A stretch of 64,000 nt of DNA from Candidatus Hydrogenedentota bacterium. Lineage in GTDB: Bacteria > Hydrogenedentota > Hydrogenedentia > Hydrogenedentales > CAILVY01. Positions 55,160 to 64,000 of the stretch are shown here, one piece after another; the first letter of the stretch is position 1; each line of letters starts with the position of its first letter. The stretch lies in contig JAKQOG010000258.1 in the NCBI GenBank assembly GCA_029565395.1, forward strand, positions 20,797-84,796. Direction: 5' to 3'. The notes under the pieces were generated by a model. The model saw only the letters and a program-made list of their open reading frames with translations, did no database searches and had not been told where the DNA came from. The translations under genes were made by a program, and so were the position numbers.

Positions 55160-56527
55160 ATGAGAATAGATAAAGAACTTTTTCTGATTCCAGTGGGAGA
55201 CAGGTTCCTGGTGTATGCGCCCTTGCGAAATGTTATTTTGTCCGTTGGCACCCAAACAGCCCGATTTTTATCGGAAATCCATGCAAGCGGCGGCGATATC
55301 CATGCTGTTGAAAACGATCCGGTTATCCGGACACTTATGCAAAACGGCATTATTGGCGGAGAACCGGAAATGAAACCTGAATTTCCCGGCAACCACGATT
55401 ATGCGCCAACCCGTCTTACGCTGTTTTTAACCAATACATGCAATCTTGCTTGCCGTTATTGCTATGCAAATGCAAATATACGCCCCATGACAATGCCAGC
55501 CGAAATCGGCAAGGCGGCCATTGATTTTGTTATTGAAAATGCCCAAAAGCTTTGCCGTGACCGCATTGAAGTGGGGTTTCATGGTGGCGGTGAGCCCACG
55601 GCCGCATGGACGGTGTTCCAGACACTTGTGTGCTATGCGCGCACAAAATCAGATAATACCCGTTTAAAATCAAGCATTGGGATGTCGTCAAACGGCTGTT
55701 TCGGTCCTGAACGCGCACGATGGATTGCGGATAATCTGGATAATGTGTCGATATCCATTGACGGCCCGCCGGGAATACAGGATGAACAGCGCCCCTTGTT
55801 GAATGGAAACCCCAGTTCCCCCTTGCTTAAAGAAGGAATTCGTGTGCTTGATGACAAAGGATTCAATTATTCCTTTCAGGTGACCATAACACGGAAACAT
55901 TTGCATCAAATTTTAAATATAGTTGAGTACTTGACCAGCGAATTCAACCCCCGCATTATCAAAATCGAGCCCGTGTCGCCCGCCGGGCGATGTTATGAGC
56001 AGCGGGAACTGGTCCCCGATATGATGCACTTCGCAGAAGCATTTAACCATGCGTTTGAAGTTGCCAAACATAAGGGGATTCAACTGCACTTTTCAGGAAT
56101 GCGGCCTTTGGGATCCCATGTGGCCTGTTTTTGCGGCGCATTCAATGAGCCGTTCAACATCACGCCGGATGGATTGATCTCCGCCTGTTTTGAAACCACC
56201 GACGCCTGTGCGCCATATGCAAACACGTTTATCATCGGGAAATTTGAGGAAGGAAAACGTACTTTTACGATTGATAGTGAACGGTTGGAATTATTGCGAT
56301 CCCGTAACATCAATCAGTTGGAAACCTGCCAGGATTGTTTTTGCAAGTATTCGTGCGGCGGCGACTGCGCCACCAGGAATTTCCGGTTTTATAACGACGT
56401 GAACCTGACGTTAACGGGCGCCCGATGCGAGGCAATTCGCAAAATCACCCTTTTTCGGCTGCAACACTATGTGGATGAAATAGAACGAAGAGCACACCCG
56501 CGGAACGAGGAGCTTGTTTATGGATGA
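55160..56527 (+). CDS. Radical SAM/SPASM domain peptide maturase
   Basis: CNLACRYC, FHGGGEP, ISIDGP, SPASM cysteines FCGA...DGLISAC...CQDCFCKYSCGGDC...ARC, and an N-terminal ~70-aa RRE-like extension. Confidence 0.92.
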   Translation: MRIDKELFLIPVGDRFLVYAPLRNVILSVGTQTARFLSEIHASGGDIHAVENDPVIRTLMQNGIIGGEPEMKPEFPGNHDYAPTRLTLFLTNTCNLACRYCYANANIRPMTMPAEIGKAAIDFVIENAQKLCRDRIEVGFHGGGEPTAAWTVFQTLVCYARTKSDNTRLKSSIGMSSNGCFGPERARWIADNLDNVSISIDGPPGIQDEQRPLLNGNPSSPLLKEGIRVLDDKGFNYSFQVTITRKHLHQILNIVEYLTSEFNPRIIKIEPVSPAGRCYEQRELVPDMMHFAEAFNHAFEVAKHKGIQLHFSGMRPLGSHVACFCGAFNEPFNITPDGLISACFETTDACAPYANTFIIGKFEEGKRTFTIDSERLELLRSRNINQLETCQDCFCKYSCGGDCATRNFRFYNDVNLTLTGARCEAIRKITLFRLQHYVDEIERRAHPRNEELVYG

Positions 56528-56864
56528 AAAAACACCTATAGCCCCAGTGCCTCAATACAATGATCGGCTCGATCAAGCACGTACAAATTTACCGGAACCT
56601 GTCTCCCCTTCGGTTTCTGAAGAGAAATTCGTGCTCGTACGATTGAACGCGCTGCAAAAGCCTTCCTTAATGGAGGAACTTATTGATCCAAGTGGAACTG
56701 ACCCCTGTGGCTGCAATGCTGTCTGCGGTTGTGTCCCAGCGAATCCCTGCGGGTGCGATCAGGTCTGTTCGTGTGATGCCGTAAATCCGTGTAGCGTGTT
56801 TGGCGCGAGTGGATGTGCGGCCTATGGTTGTGGCGGTCATGTTACCTACGTGCCATGTGGCTAA
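56520..56864 (+). CDS. Cys-rich repeat peptide, probable RiPP precursor
   Basis: GAGGAG RBS and an 8-nt overlap with the rSAM gene. A Cys-free ~60-aa leader is followed by 12 Cys in DPCGCNAVCGCVPA-NPCGCDQVCSCDAV-NPCSVFGASGCAAYGCGGHVTYVPCG. Confidence 0.78.
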   Translation: MDEKTPIAPVPQYNDRLDQARTNLPEPVSPSVSEEKFVLVRLNALQKPSLMEELIDPSGTDPCGCNAVCGCVPANPCGCDQVCSCDAVNPCSVFGASGCAAYGCGGHVTYVPCG

Positions 56865-56880
56865 TTGTGTGGAGTTCGCC

Positions 56881-59800
56881 ATGAGGGTAAAACGTGTACT
56901 TGCTTGTTTGCTGGGTATAGGCGGTTTTTTCCTGCTATTGGATCTGCCGAATGTATGGGCAGACGCCACGGCCGCGGAAGTGCTTGTGGCCCAGGGAAAT
57001 GCACTTTACAGAAGTGGTGATTATGCGGGGGCGGTAACCAAATATGACGCAGCAATTGTTCAGGACGCCAGCTATGCGATCGCGCACTCCAATCGCGGCC
57101 TCGCGCTTGCCAAACTTATGCAGTATTCGGACGCAAAGGCCGCCCTTCAGCAGGCAATCGCATTGGATGCCAGCGAAAAACGGTTCTTGCTCAATCTGGG
57201 CAAGGTATACGCTGAAAACGATGAAACCACTAGTGCGATTGAACAATTTGATCAAGCATTAGTCTTGGATCCCGCTTACGCGCCCGCCTATGCCAACCGA
57301 GCATGGTGCCACGAAGAACTGGCCCACTACACGGAAGCCGCACAGGATTACACCTCAGCGCTGACCAATGATGTGCAATGTTATGACGCGTTGTGTGGCA
57401 TGGGTATTGTACAGGCGCGGCTGGGAAATACGGAAGACGCCGTATGGTGGCTGATGCGGGCTATTGCGGCGTCCAGTGCGTATCTTGAGCACACCTCAAC
57501 CAATGTGTTGGCCCATCGTAATCTGCGCATCCTCCGCGGGAATGATTTTGAACTGGAGTCCAGTGTGTCGGAAACCTCTTTTATGCAGGGGGTCAATCAA
57601 CTGGAACGCGAACAGTATGCAAACGCCGTCGTTACATTTACGGAACTTGCGGCAAGCGAAGCCGGTGCGGCCGTTATTCAGGATTTCCTGGCCCACGCCC
57701 TTTTTCTCCATAACCCGGCCGATCCGCAGTATCTCTCGGCATATACCACATTGCAGGCGCTTCTGCCATCCATTACCGTGTCAAGCATTCCATCGGTTGC
57801 AAGCGCCTTTGTGGATTATCAATATTTCGGCCTTACTCCCGCCAATGTGTGGTTGTTTCCAGGACTATATACGTACACCCTCAAATCCGGAAATTTCATC
57901 GGTCAAGCAGAGATGACCGTTACGGCAAGCAGCACATGGGAACTCGGATTTCCGGAAAACGCGCAAATAGACCTTGACGCAGTGATATCACAAGAGGGAA
58001 AACCAGACTCATTTCCCAATGCGCTGGTTCCTGGCGCCGATCAACGTATTTATATTCGGGATATTATGCTCATGTTTGCGCTTCATGGTTTTTCTGTTCT
58101 CCCCAATGAGCAATTGGCCAGACACAATCTGTGGTTCACCGCGGTTAACGGCTTTTTTCAAGGCTCGGAAAACGCTTGTACGCTGACCGCCGCATGTGCC
58201 TCGTCCCATGTTGTTATTACCAAAAATGAAGCTGATTTTAGTGAAGGCAACCAATGGATCGAGTTTTCCACAGGCACTTTTTCAGGCGCAGTCCCGCCAC
58301 CCACTATTTTTACATTTACTTGGACCTCTGAACGCACCAGTGGTTCCATGAGTCTTGCCCTATATCATGATCAGGATGGGGATGGTTTGGTGGACTATCT
58401 CGAAACACAAGCGGGAAGCAATCTGTTTGAGAACGATTCCGATGACGATAGTATGGATGATCTTTGGGAATATGAGAATGGATTGAACCCGGTTAATGCA
58501 AAGGATCCGGATCTCGACCCGGATGAAGATCTTTTGCCTAATTATGGGGAATGGGCGATTGGAACCGATCCCCAGGATCCGCAATCGCCCACCACTGTGT
58601 TTGTGGATGACGGTACGGGCGATGATGATACCGGCGATGGCTTTGAATTGCTGCCCTGGAAAACGGTTCAATATGCTATTGACAGTGTTTCTGGACCAGG
58701 CATTGTCCGAATCGGACCGGGAACCTATAAAGAAGTCATAAAGTTGAAAGATCATCTGGCATTGATTGGCGCCGGAGCCTGGGGGGTAAACGCCACCATC
58801 CTCCAACCGCCGGACGGAGTACAAAGCACGGTTCTTTTTATCCCGGATACATACTATCCGGGACCTCTTATGGCCGTTGTGGGTTGTGTTCATATCACGG
58901 GCGGTTACACTACAGGGTACGGTGGAGGCATATATCTGAACTGTGGACGGCCTGCACGATTCTATCTTTTTTCCACCGAATTGTCTCACAATACTGCGTA
59001 CGAAGGCGGAGGGGCAAAATTGACTGACTATGGTGGCTTGGGCTATGACAATTGTGTCGCACGTATATCCGGATGCATTATTCGAAATAATGCTTCCACA
59101 TGGGTGGTTTCCGCCGGCGGATTACATTTTCATCAAATCATCCCTACCATAATTAATTCGTTAATATGCGACAACACAAATGGTGGCGCATATTTTTTAG
59201 GCGCGGCAAATCCTAAAATAATCTCAAGCACATTTGTCGGAAACACTCATGATGAACTGAATTTTGATACCTATTCAGGTCTTCCTGAAATTCGAAGTTC
59301 CATCGTATGGGGATCGATAGGGTTACGCGCCGGGAAATCAGTTGCACTTTCTTACTCGTGTGTTTATGATACTGATCTGACGGGAGATTCCATAATCTAT
59401 GATAATCCTTCTTTCGCAAAATCTTCTGTCGGAGATTACCGCCTGCGCCCCAACTCACCATGTATCGATGCGGCGGATGGCGACGTTTCGGCATCAACGG
59501 ACATCTCCGGGAGAGAACGGTGGGATGATCCCAATGTCATAAACACCGGAAAAGGTTCTCCGGATTTCGCCGATATGGGCGCTTACGAGTTCGAGAGGGA
59601 TACCCCTGTTCCCGATGTCATAGGGATGCTGTTGACGGAAGCGCAGAACGCTATCCTGAATGCCGGGTTATATGTCGGAATTATTACGGAAGATAATTGT
59701 GCCTTGGGTTTTCCAGATCAAACCGTGATAGAACAAGATCCTGTTGGCCTGACAGGGGGCGGATGTTCCGTTAATTTAACCATTTCCGTTCCTAACACCC

Positions 59801-62103
59801 AAGCTCCAATAGTGGTGTTGCGTGGCCTGTCCGAACTATTTCACGAACAAAATCGCCCTTATAACGATCCCGGTGTTTTTGCACAGGATGATTGTGAAGG
59901 AGATATCAGCACTAACATCATTACAACGGGCCTGCCAATTGACACCAGCGTTCCTGGAACCTATACCATCTCTTATGATGTGTGCGATTTGTTTCTTAAT
60001 TGTGCGCAAACCATATCCCGCACGGTAAGAGTTCTCCCTGTTTTTTTCGTGAATGCGGCATCGGCTGCGAAAACAAATAATGGAAACTCTTGGGAAACTG
60101 CCTTTGCAAACATCCAGGAGGCGGTGAACGCCGCTTCTCCAACCGGGGGCATTATATGGGTTGCTGAAGGAACCTATCATTCCGCCAGCGATCCTGTGTT
60201 AACAATGGCGCCGGGGGTCGCTATTTATGGCGGATTCTGTGGAAGGGAGATTTGCCGGGAAGAACGAAACTGGACTGCCTGCCCAACGATTATCGATGGA
60301 GAAAATGCCCGGCGGTGCGCCGTGGGCGCTAATGACAGCATACTTGACGGATTTGTTTTACGGTATGGCAAAAGCAACTATGGCGGAGCCATGGCCAACA
60401 ATAGTGTCTCTCCTTCGATCTCGAATTGCATTTTCGAGAACAGTGTGGCCACTGCATCAGGCGGCGGTGTCTACAATGGCGCCGGTGCTTCCCCTGTATT
60501 TAAAAACTGTATCTTCCGGAATAACTCATGCACTAGCTATGGCGGCGGCGCGCAGCATTACCAGGCATCCGCGCAATATGTCAACTCTCTCTTCTATAGC
60601 AACAGTGCGTATGGCGGCGGCGGGGTTAATGTCGAAACTTCCACGTGCAATATGATGAATTGCACCTTGTATGGGAACAGCCCGAACGGAAACTCGAGCG
60701 CCCGTTCGACAATTGTCTACTGCAACTCCATCTTTTGGATGAATACTCCCAGCGAAATTGTCACATTTTCTGATTCGGTTACGGTTCAATACTGCAATGT
60801 GCGCAATGGATATTCCGGCACCGGCAATTTAAATACCGACCCTTTGTTTATAAATGCCGGCGGTGGTGATTTCCGGCTCGCATGCACTTCCCCCTGCCGC
60901 GACACCGGCACCGCAACCGGAGCATCGGATATGGACCTGCGCTCATTCCTTCGCCCACAAGGTACAGGCGTGGATCGCGGCGCATACGAAATGTCGCCGG
61001 ACACGGAGAACCCTCCTGAGGTGATAGCAATCAACTGCTTGGATGAAAGTCCTGCTGCCGCTGTCTCAGTGCGGTTCCTGGTTGTGTTTTCCGAGGATGT
61101 TTCCGGGGTCGAGGCCGGGGATTTTTCCTTAGCGGTAGCCGGATCTATCACCGGGGCAAGTGTTACTGGAGTTAGTGGCGACGGGCAAGTATTTATTGTG
61201 ATCGTGAACACAGGCCAAGGCGCCGGAACACTCCGATTGGATGTCCTGGAATCGAATGACATCCGGAACATATGCGATGAGTCGCTTGTAGGCGGTTTCT
61301 TCAACGGAGAGGTTTACACCATAAATGAAATTGAAGGCCAAGAAGAAGGTGCGGTAGAAGGTCAGACCGAAGGTCAAGCCGAGGGCCTGATAGAGGGCGA
61401 AGGCCAGATCGAAGGTCAAGCCGAGGGCCTGATAGAAGGCGAAGGTCAAGAAGAAGGTGCGGTAGAAGGCCTGCTAGAAGGTGAAGGCCAGACAGAGGGT
61501 GAAGGAGAGGTAGAGGGTTCCCCCCTGGAAGGGGAGATTCATGCTTTTAAAATTGTTCAACAACCTAGAAGTGCCTCATTATATGTGGGCATGTCATGGA
61601 CGGCCTCGATTTTAGTGGAGGGAGGCGAAGGGACAATTGTGTATGTGTGGGAAAAAGACGGAATCCCGTTGGGGTGGCCGAATGTTATGGTGTATACGCT
61701 GGGACCACTGACAGAAGGGGATGCAGGAGTGTATCGTTGCACGGTCAGCGATGGAATAACGACGTTGGTGTCGGAAGAAGCCGAATTGTCGGTATATCCG
61801 GTGCCGCCCTCAGGGCAGCATGATGTGGATCAGAATAAAAACTGGGTGATTAGTCTTTCAGAATTGTTGAGAGTGGTTCAGTTTTTTAATAGTGCAGGAT
61901 TCCATTGTGATGCGGGTTCTGAGGATGGATATGCGCCGGGGGCTGGTGATCAGACGTGCGGCGCGTATGATGCGGATTATGCTCCGCAGGATTGGTCCAT
62001 AACTCTGTCGGAACTGCTGCGAATCATCCAGTTTTTCAACTCGGGTTGTTATCACATTGAAGCGGGAACGGAAGATGGATACGCTCCGGGTGCAGGGAAG
62101 TAA
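56881..62103 (+). CDS. Giant secreted multi-domain surface protein (TPR, PEGA-like, Ca-binding Asp repeats, two beta-helix modules, PASTA, Ig-like, EG linker, duplicated EF-hand/dockerin-like tail)
   Basis: Signal MRVKRVLACLLG...VWA and TPRs (AHSNRGLAL, AYANRAW). Also DQDGDGLVD, PWKTVQYAID, DYRLRPNSPCIDA, VPDVIGM, DPGVFAQDDCEGDIS, DAGVYRCTVSD and LSELLRxxQFFNS twice. Start set at ATG 56881. Confidence 0.85.
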   Translation: MRVKRVLACLLGIGGFFLLLDLPNVWADATAAEVLVAQGNALYRSGDYAGAVTKYDAAIVQDASYAIAHSNRGLALAKLMQYSDAKAALQQAIALDASEKRFLLNLGKVYAENDETTSAIEQFDQALVLDPAYAPAYANRAWCHEELAHYTEAAQDYTSALTNDVQCYDALCGMGIVQARLGNTEDAVWWLMRAIAASSAYLEHTSTNVLAHRNLRILRGNDFELESSVSETSFMQGVNQLEREQYANAVVTFTELAASEAGAAVIQDFLAHALFLHNPADPQYLSAYTTLQALLPSITVSSIPSVASAFVDYQYFGLTPANVWLFPGLYTYTLKSGNFIGQAEMTVTASSTWELGFPENAQIDLDAVISQEGKPDSFPNALVPGADQRIYIRDIMLMFALHGFSVLPNEQLARHNLWFTAVNGFFQGSENACTLTAACASSHVVITKNEADFSEGNQWIEFSTGTFSGAVPPPTIFTFTWTSERTSGSMSLALYHDQDGDGLVDYLETQAGSNLFENDSDDDSMDDLWEYENGLNPVNAKDPDLDPDEDLLPNYGEWAIGTDPQDPQSPTTVFVDDGTGDDDTGDGFELLPWKTVQYAIDSVSGPGIVRIGPGTYKEVIKLKDHLALIGAGAWGVNATILQPPDGVQSTVLFIPDTYYPGPLMAVVGCVHITGGYTTGYGGGIYLNCGRPARFYLFSTELSHNTAYEGGGAKLTDYGGLGYDNCVARISGCIIRNNASTWVVSAGGLHFHQIIPTIINSLICDNTNGGAYFLGAANPKIISSTFVGNTHDELNFDTYSGLPEIRSSIVWGSIGLRAGKSVALSYSCVYDTDLTGDSIIYDNPSFAKSSVGDYRLRPNSPCIDAADGDVSASTDISGRERWDDPNVINTGKGSPDFADMGAYEFERDTPVPDVIGMLLTEAQNAILNAGLYVGIITEDNCALGFPDQTVIEQDPVGLTGGGCSVNLTISVPNTQAPIVVLRGLSELFHEQNRPYNDPGVFAQDDCEGDISTNIITTGLPIDTSVPGTYTISYDVCDLFLNCAQTISRTVRVLPVFFVNAASAAKTNNGNSWETAFANIQEAVNAASPTGGIIWVAEGTYHSASDPVLTMAPGVAIYGGFCGREICREERNWTACPTIIDGENARRCAVGANDSILDGFVLRYGKSNYGGAMANNSVSPSISNCIFENSVATASGGGVYNGAGASPVFKNCIFRNNSCTSYGGGAQHYQASAQYVNSLFYSNSAYGGGGVNVETSTCNMMNCTLYGNSPNGNSSARSTIVYCNSIFWMNTPSEIVTFSDSVTVQYCNVRNGYSGTGNLNTDPLFINAGGGDFRLACTSPCRDTGTATGASDMDLRSFLRPQGTGVDRGAYEMSPDTENPPEVIAINCLDESPAAAVSVRFLVVFSEDVSGVEAGDFSLAVAGSITGASVTGVSGDGQVFIVIVNTGQGAGTLRLDVLESNDIRNICDESLVGGFFNGEVYTINEIEGQEEGAVEGQTEGQAEGLIEGEGQIEGQAEGLIEGEGQEEGAVEGLLEGEGQTEGEGEVEGSPLEGEIHAFKIVQQPRSASLYVGMSWTASILVEGGEGTIVYVWEKDGIPLGWPNVMVYTLGPLTEGDAGVYRCTVSDGITTLVSEEAELSVYPVPPSGQHDVDQNKNWVISLSELLRVVQFFNSAGFHCDAGSEDGYAPGAGDQTCGAYDADYAPQDWSITLSELLRIIQFFNSGCYHIEAGTEDGYAPGAGK
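61333..61536 (+). repeat. Coding (EG)n linker with a near-perfect 42-nt tandem duplication
   Basis: gaaggtcaagccgagggcctgataga recurs at 61369 and 61411. Confidence 0.85.
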
Positions 62104-62309
62104 TATATGAAAAAAGAACCTCCTCTGAATTCGCCATTTCTTTAACCCCAATAGGCGCCCCCCTGTTTAAGAGAAGGTGTGGAAACTGCTATAGGCCCTG
62201 ACAATGAATGGCCCTGCCCTGCCTTAAAAGACCCCCGGCTTTACCGGGGAGGAACTCCCAGAAGAATGTTAGGGGTGGGTGGTATCGGAAGTGAAACTAA
62301 GCAAAGAAG

Positions 62310-62388
62310 ACACGGACACACACGGACAACACCTCTAAAAAAATCCGGGGTCCATAAACGTCTGTGTTCGTCCGTGGTTGTCTGTGTT
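62310..62388. repeat. 10-nt-period intergenic repeat forming an imperfect hairpin
   Basis: acacggacac-acacggacaa ... gtctgtgttc-gtccgtggtt-gtctgtgt. Confidence 0.6.
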
Positions 62389-62484
62389 TTTTCTCTTATC
62401 CGGAAATTCGCCGTCTTTTGCTTTGATTGGCTGGCGCACGGTATACTATTGGACTGATTTTCCCCAACGAAGGATGGCAGTGTC

Positions 62485-63504
62485 ATGATTATTGTAATGG
62501 CGTCGCGGAAGCAGGAAGACGTCGATTTCGTCGTCTCGAAAATCGAGGAATTGGGCTATAACGCCCATATTATCGTGGGCGAGAAGCGGACGGTAATAGC
62601 GGCGGTGGGGGATGAGCGGGGCAAGTACCGTTTGCAGGCCTTGGAAGCGTTGCCACATGTGGAACAGGTGTTTCCCATCTTAAAACCGTTTAAGCTGGTG
62701 GGCCGGGAGGTGAAGGCGGAAAGCAGCATGGTGGAGTGTGGCCCGGTGAAGATAGGTAAGGGCTTTTTCTGCGTGATGGCGGGGCCGTGCGCCGTGGAAT
62801 CGCGGGATCAGATTATGGAGACGGCAGCGGCGGTGAAGGAAGCCGGAGCGAATATGCTCCGCGGCGGGGCATACAAGCCGCGGACGTCGCCGTACAGCTT
62901 TCAGGGAATGGAGGAGGAAGGACTGCGGCTGTTGAAAGAGGCGGGGGAACGCTACGGGCTGCCGGTGGTCACGGAAGTGGTCACGATTGAACAGGTGTCG
63001 GTAGTGATGGATTATGTGGATATGCTGCAGATTGGCGCGCGGAACATGCAGAATTTCGGGCTGTTGCGCGCAGTGGGCAAAACCTCGACGCCCGTTCTGC
63101 TGAAACGCGGAATGATGTCAACAATTAATGAGTTTTTAATGTCTGCGGAGTACATTCTCTCCGAGGGCAATCCAAATGTGGTGATGTGTGAGCGCGGCAT
63201 CCGGACCTTTGAGACGGAAACGCGCAACACGCTGGACATCCAGGCGGTGCCGGTGTTGAAGAAATACACGCATCTTCCCGTGATTATCGACCCCAGTCAT
63301 GCGTCGGGCCATTGGGACCTGGTAACGCCGATGGCGCGGGCGGCCGTGGCGGCGGGGGCCGACGGCATCATCGTGGAAGTGCATCCGCGTCCGGCGGAGG
63401 CCTTTTCGGATGGGCAGCAATCGCTGCGGCCGGACAAGTTTAAAAAAATGATGGAAGAAATCACGCCCCTGCTGAATGTAATGGGCATGACCATAGCAAG
63501 GTGA
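62485..63504 (+). CDS. aroF: 3-deoxy-7-phosphoheptulonate (DAHP) synthase, type I-beta with N-terminal regulatory domain
   Basis: [51 protein letters not shown] and SDGQQSL. Confidence 0.95.
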   Translation: MIIVMASRKQEDVDFVVSKIEELGYNAHIIVGEKRTVIAAVGDERGKYRLQALEALPHVEQVFPILKPFKLVGREVKAESSMVECGPVKIGKGFFCVMAGPCAVESRDQIMETAAAVKEAGANMLRGGAYKPRTSPYSFQGMEEEGLRLLKEAGERYGLPVVTEVVTIEQVSVVMDYVDMLQIGARNMQNFGLLRAVGKTSTPVLLKRGMMSTINEFLMSAEYILSEGNPNVVMCERGIRTFETETRNTLDIQAVPVLKKYTHLPVIIDPSHASGHWDLVTPMARAAVAAGADGIIVEVHPRPAEAFSDGQQSLRPDKFKKMMEEITPLLNVMGMTIAR

Positions 63505-63506
63505 CT

Positions 63507-64000
63507 ATGACGGACGAATTGGATCTGCAAGAACCGGATGAAGAGCAGGAAGAAAGTGACGAACTCGAACCGGTCGGCATGCTGGGCCGGGAAGAGTCGC
63601 GGCAGGCGCTCTATGCGCTGCTGTTCGCAAGTGATCGCCCCTTGAGTGCCGCACGCCTGGCTGAAGCCATGGGCGACATGGACCCGGAGATTGTGGCGAC
63701 GCTATTGATGGAATTGTGCGAGGAACTGGATCAGCACGACGACCTTCCCTATACGTTGCATGAAATCGCGGGGGGGTATCAGTTTCTCTCCAAACCACAG
63801 TTTGCGCCGTATATCCGGCGGCTGTTCCAGATCAAAAAGAGCAACCGTATGTCCAAGGCGCTTTTGGAGACACTGGCGATCATCGCGTACAAGCAGCCGG
63901 TGACGCGTCCCGACGTGGAATCGATTCGCGGGGTGAGCGTGTCGCATGCGTTTGAACAATTGCAGGAACGGCGCTTGATTAAGGTGGCGGGGGTGTCCGA
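63507..64000 (+). CDS. scpB: SMC-Scp complex subunit ScpB (3' end outside window)
   Basis: Hand translation gives ALLFASDRPLS...EIAGGYQF...SKALLETLAIIAYKQPVTRPDVESIRGV. Confidence 0.93.
   Translation, partial: MTDELDLQEPDEEQEESDELEPVGMLGREESRQALYALLFASDRPLSAARLAEAMGDMDPEIVATLLMELCEELDQHDDLPYTLHEIAGGYQFLSKPQFAPYIRRLFQIKKSNRMSKALLETLAIIAYKQPVTRPDVESIRGVSVSHAFEQLQERRLIKVAGVS

Noticed and set aside
55160-56527. Annotation as a simple anaerobic sulfatase maturase or PQQ biosynthesis enzyme
   Set aside because: No sulfatase or pqqABC genes are nearby, and the adjacent leader-plus-Cys-repeat ORF better fits a peptide substrate. This is not formally excluded without a phylogeny.
62160-62300. Possible attenuator or riboswitch upstream of aroF
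   Set aside because: Only short GC hairpins are present, with no aromatic-codon leader peptide or T-box motif recognised.

Overview
GC-rich bacterial chromosome segment. The Glu-Gly linker plus duplicated 'LSELLRVIQFFNS' C-terminal domain suggests Candidatus Hydrogenedentes (inference). It is mostly carbohydrate metabolism: glycoside hydrolases, a ROK protein, a PIG-L deacetylase, Fkp, four Gfo/Idh/MocA oxidoreductases, two TIM-barrel epimerase-family proteins, DUF1080 and an SSS symporter. It also carries a partial non-pyrrolysine MttB, an FHA-GAF sigma54 activator, a PIN-type toxin-antitoxin pair, two AAA+/DUF4143 genes, two tandem GT-C-like membrane proteins, aroF and a partial scpB. The main candidate novel system is an AT-richer four-gene operon at 54.7-62.1 kb. 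It encodes a PqqD/RRE-like protein with a twin-arginine signal, a radical SAM/SPASM enzyme, a 114-aa leader-plus-12-Cys repeat peptide and a 1740-aa TPR/multi-domain surface protein, and it has no peptidase or transporter. The second candidate is a sigma54 promoter with paired enhancer palindromes that points into a structured interval with repeated AGGAUUA motifs and no ORF on that strand (candidate regulatory RNA, 4.5-4.9 kb). No tRNA, rRNA or CRISPR array was seen. All family assignments come from motif recognition by eye, not database searches.
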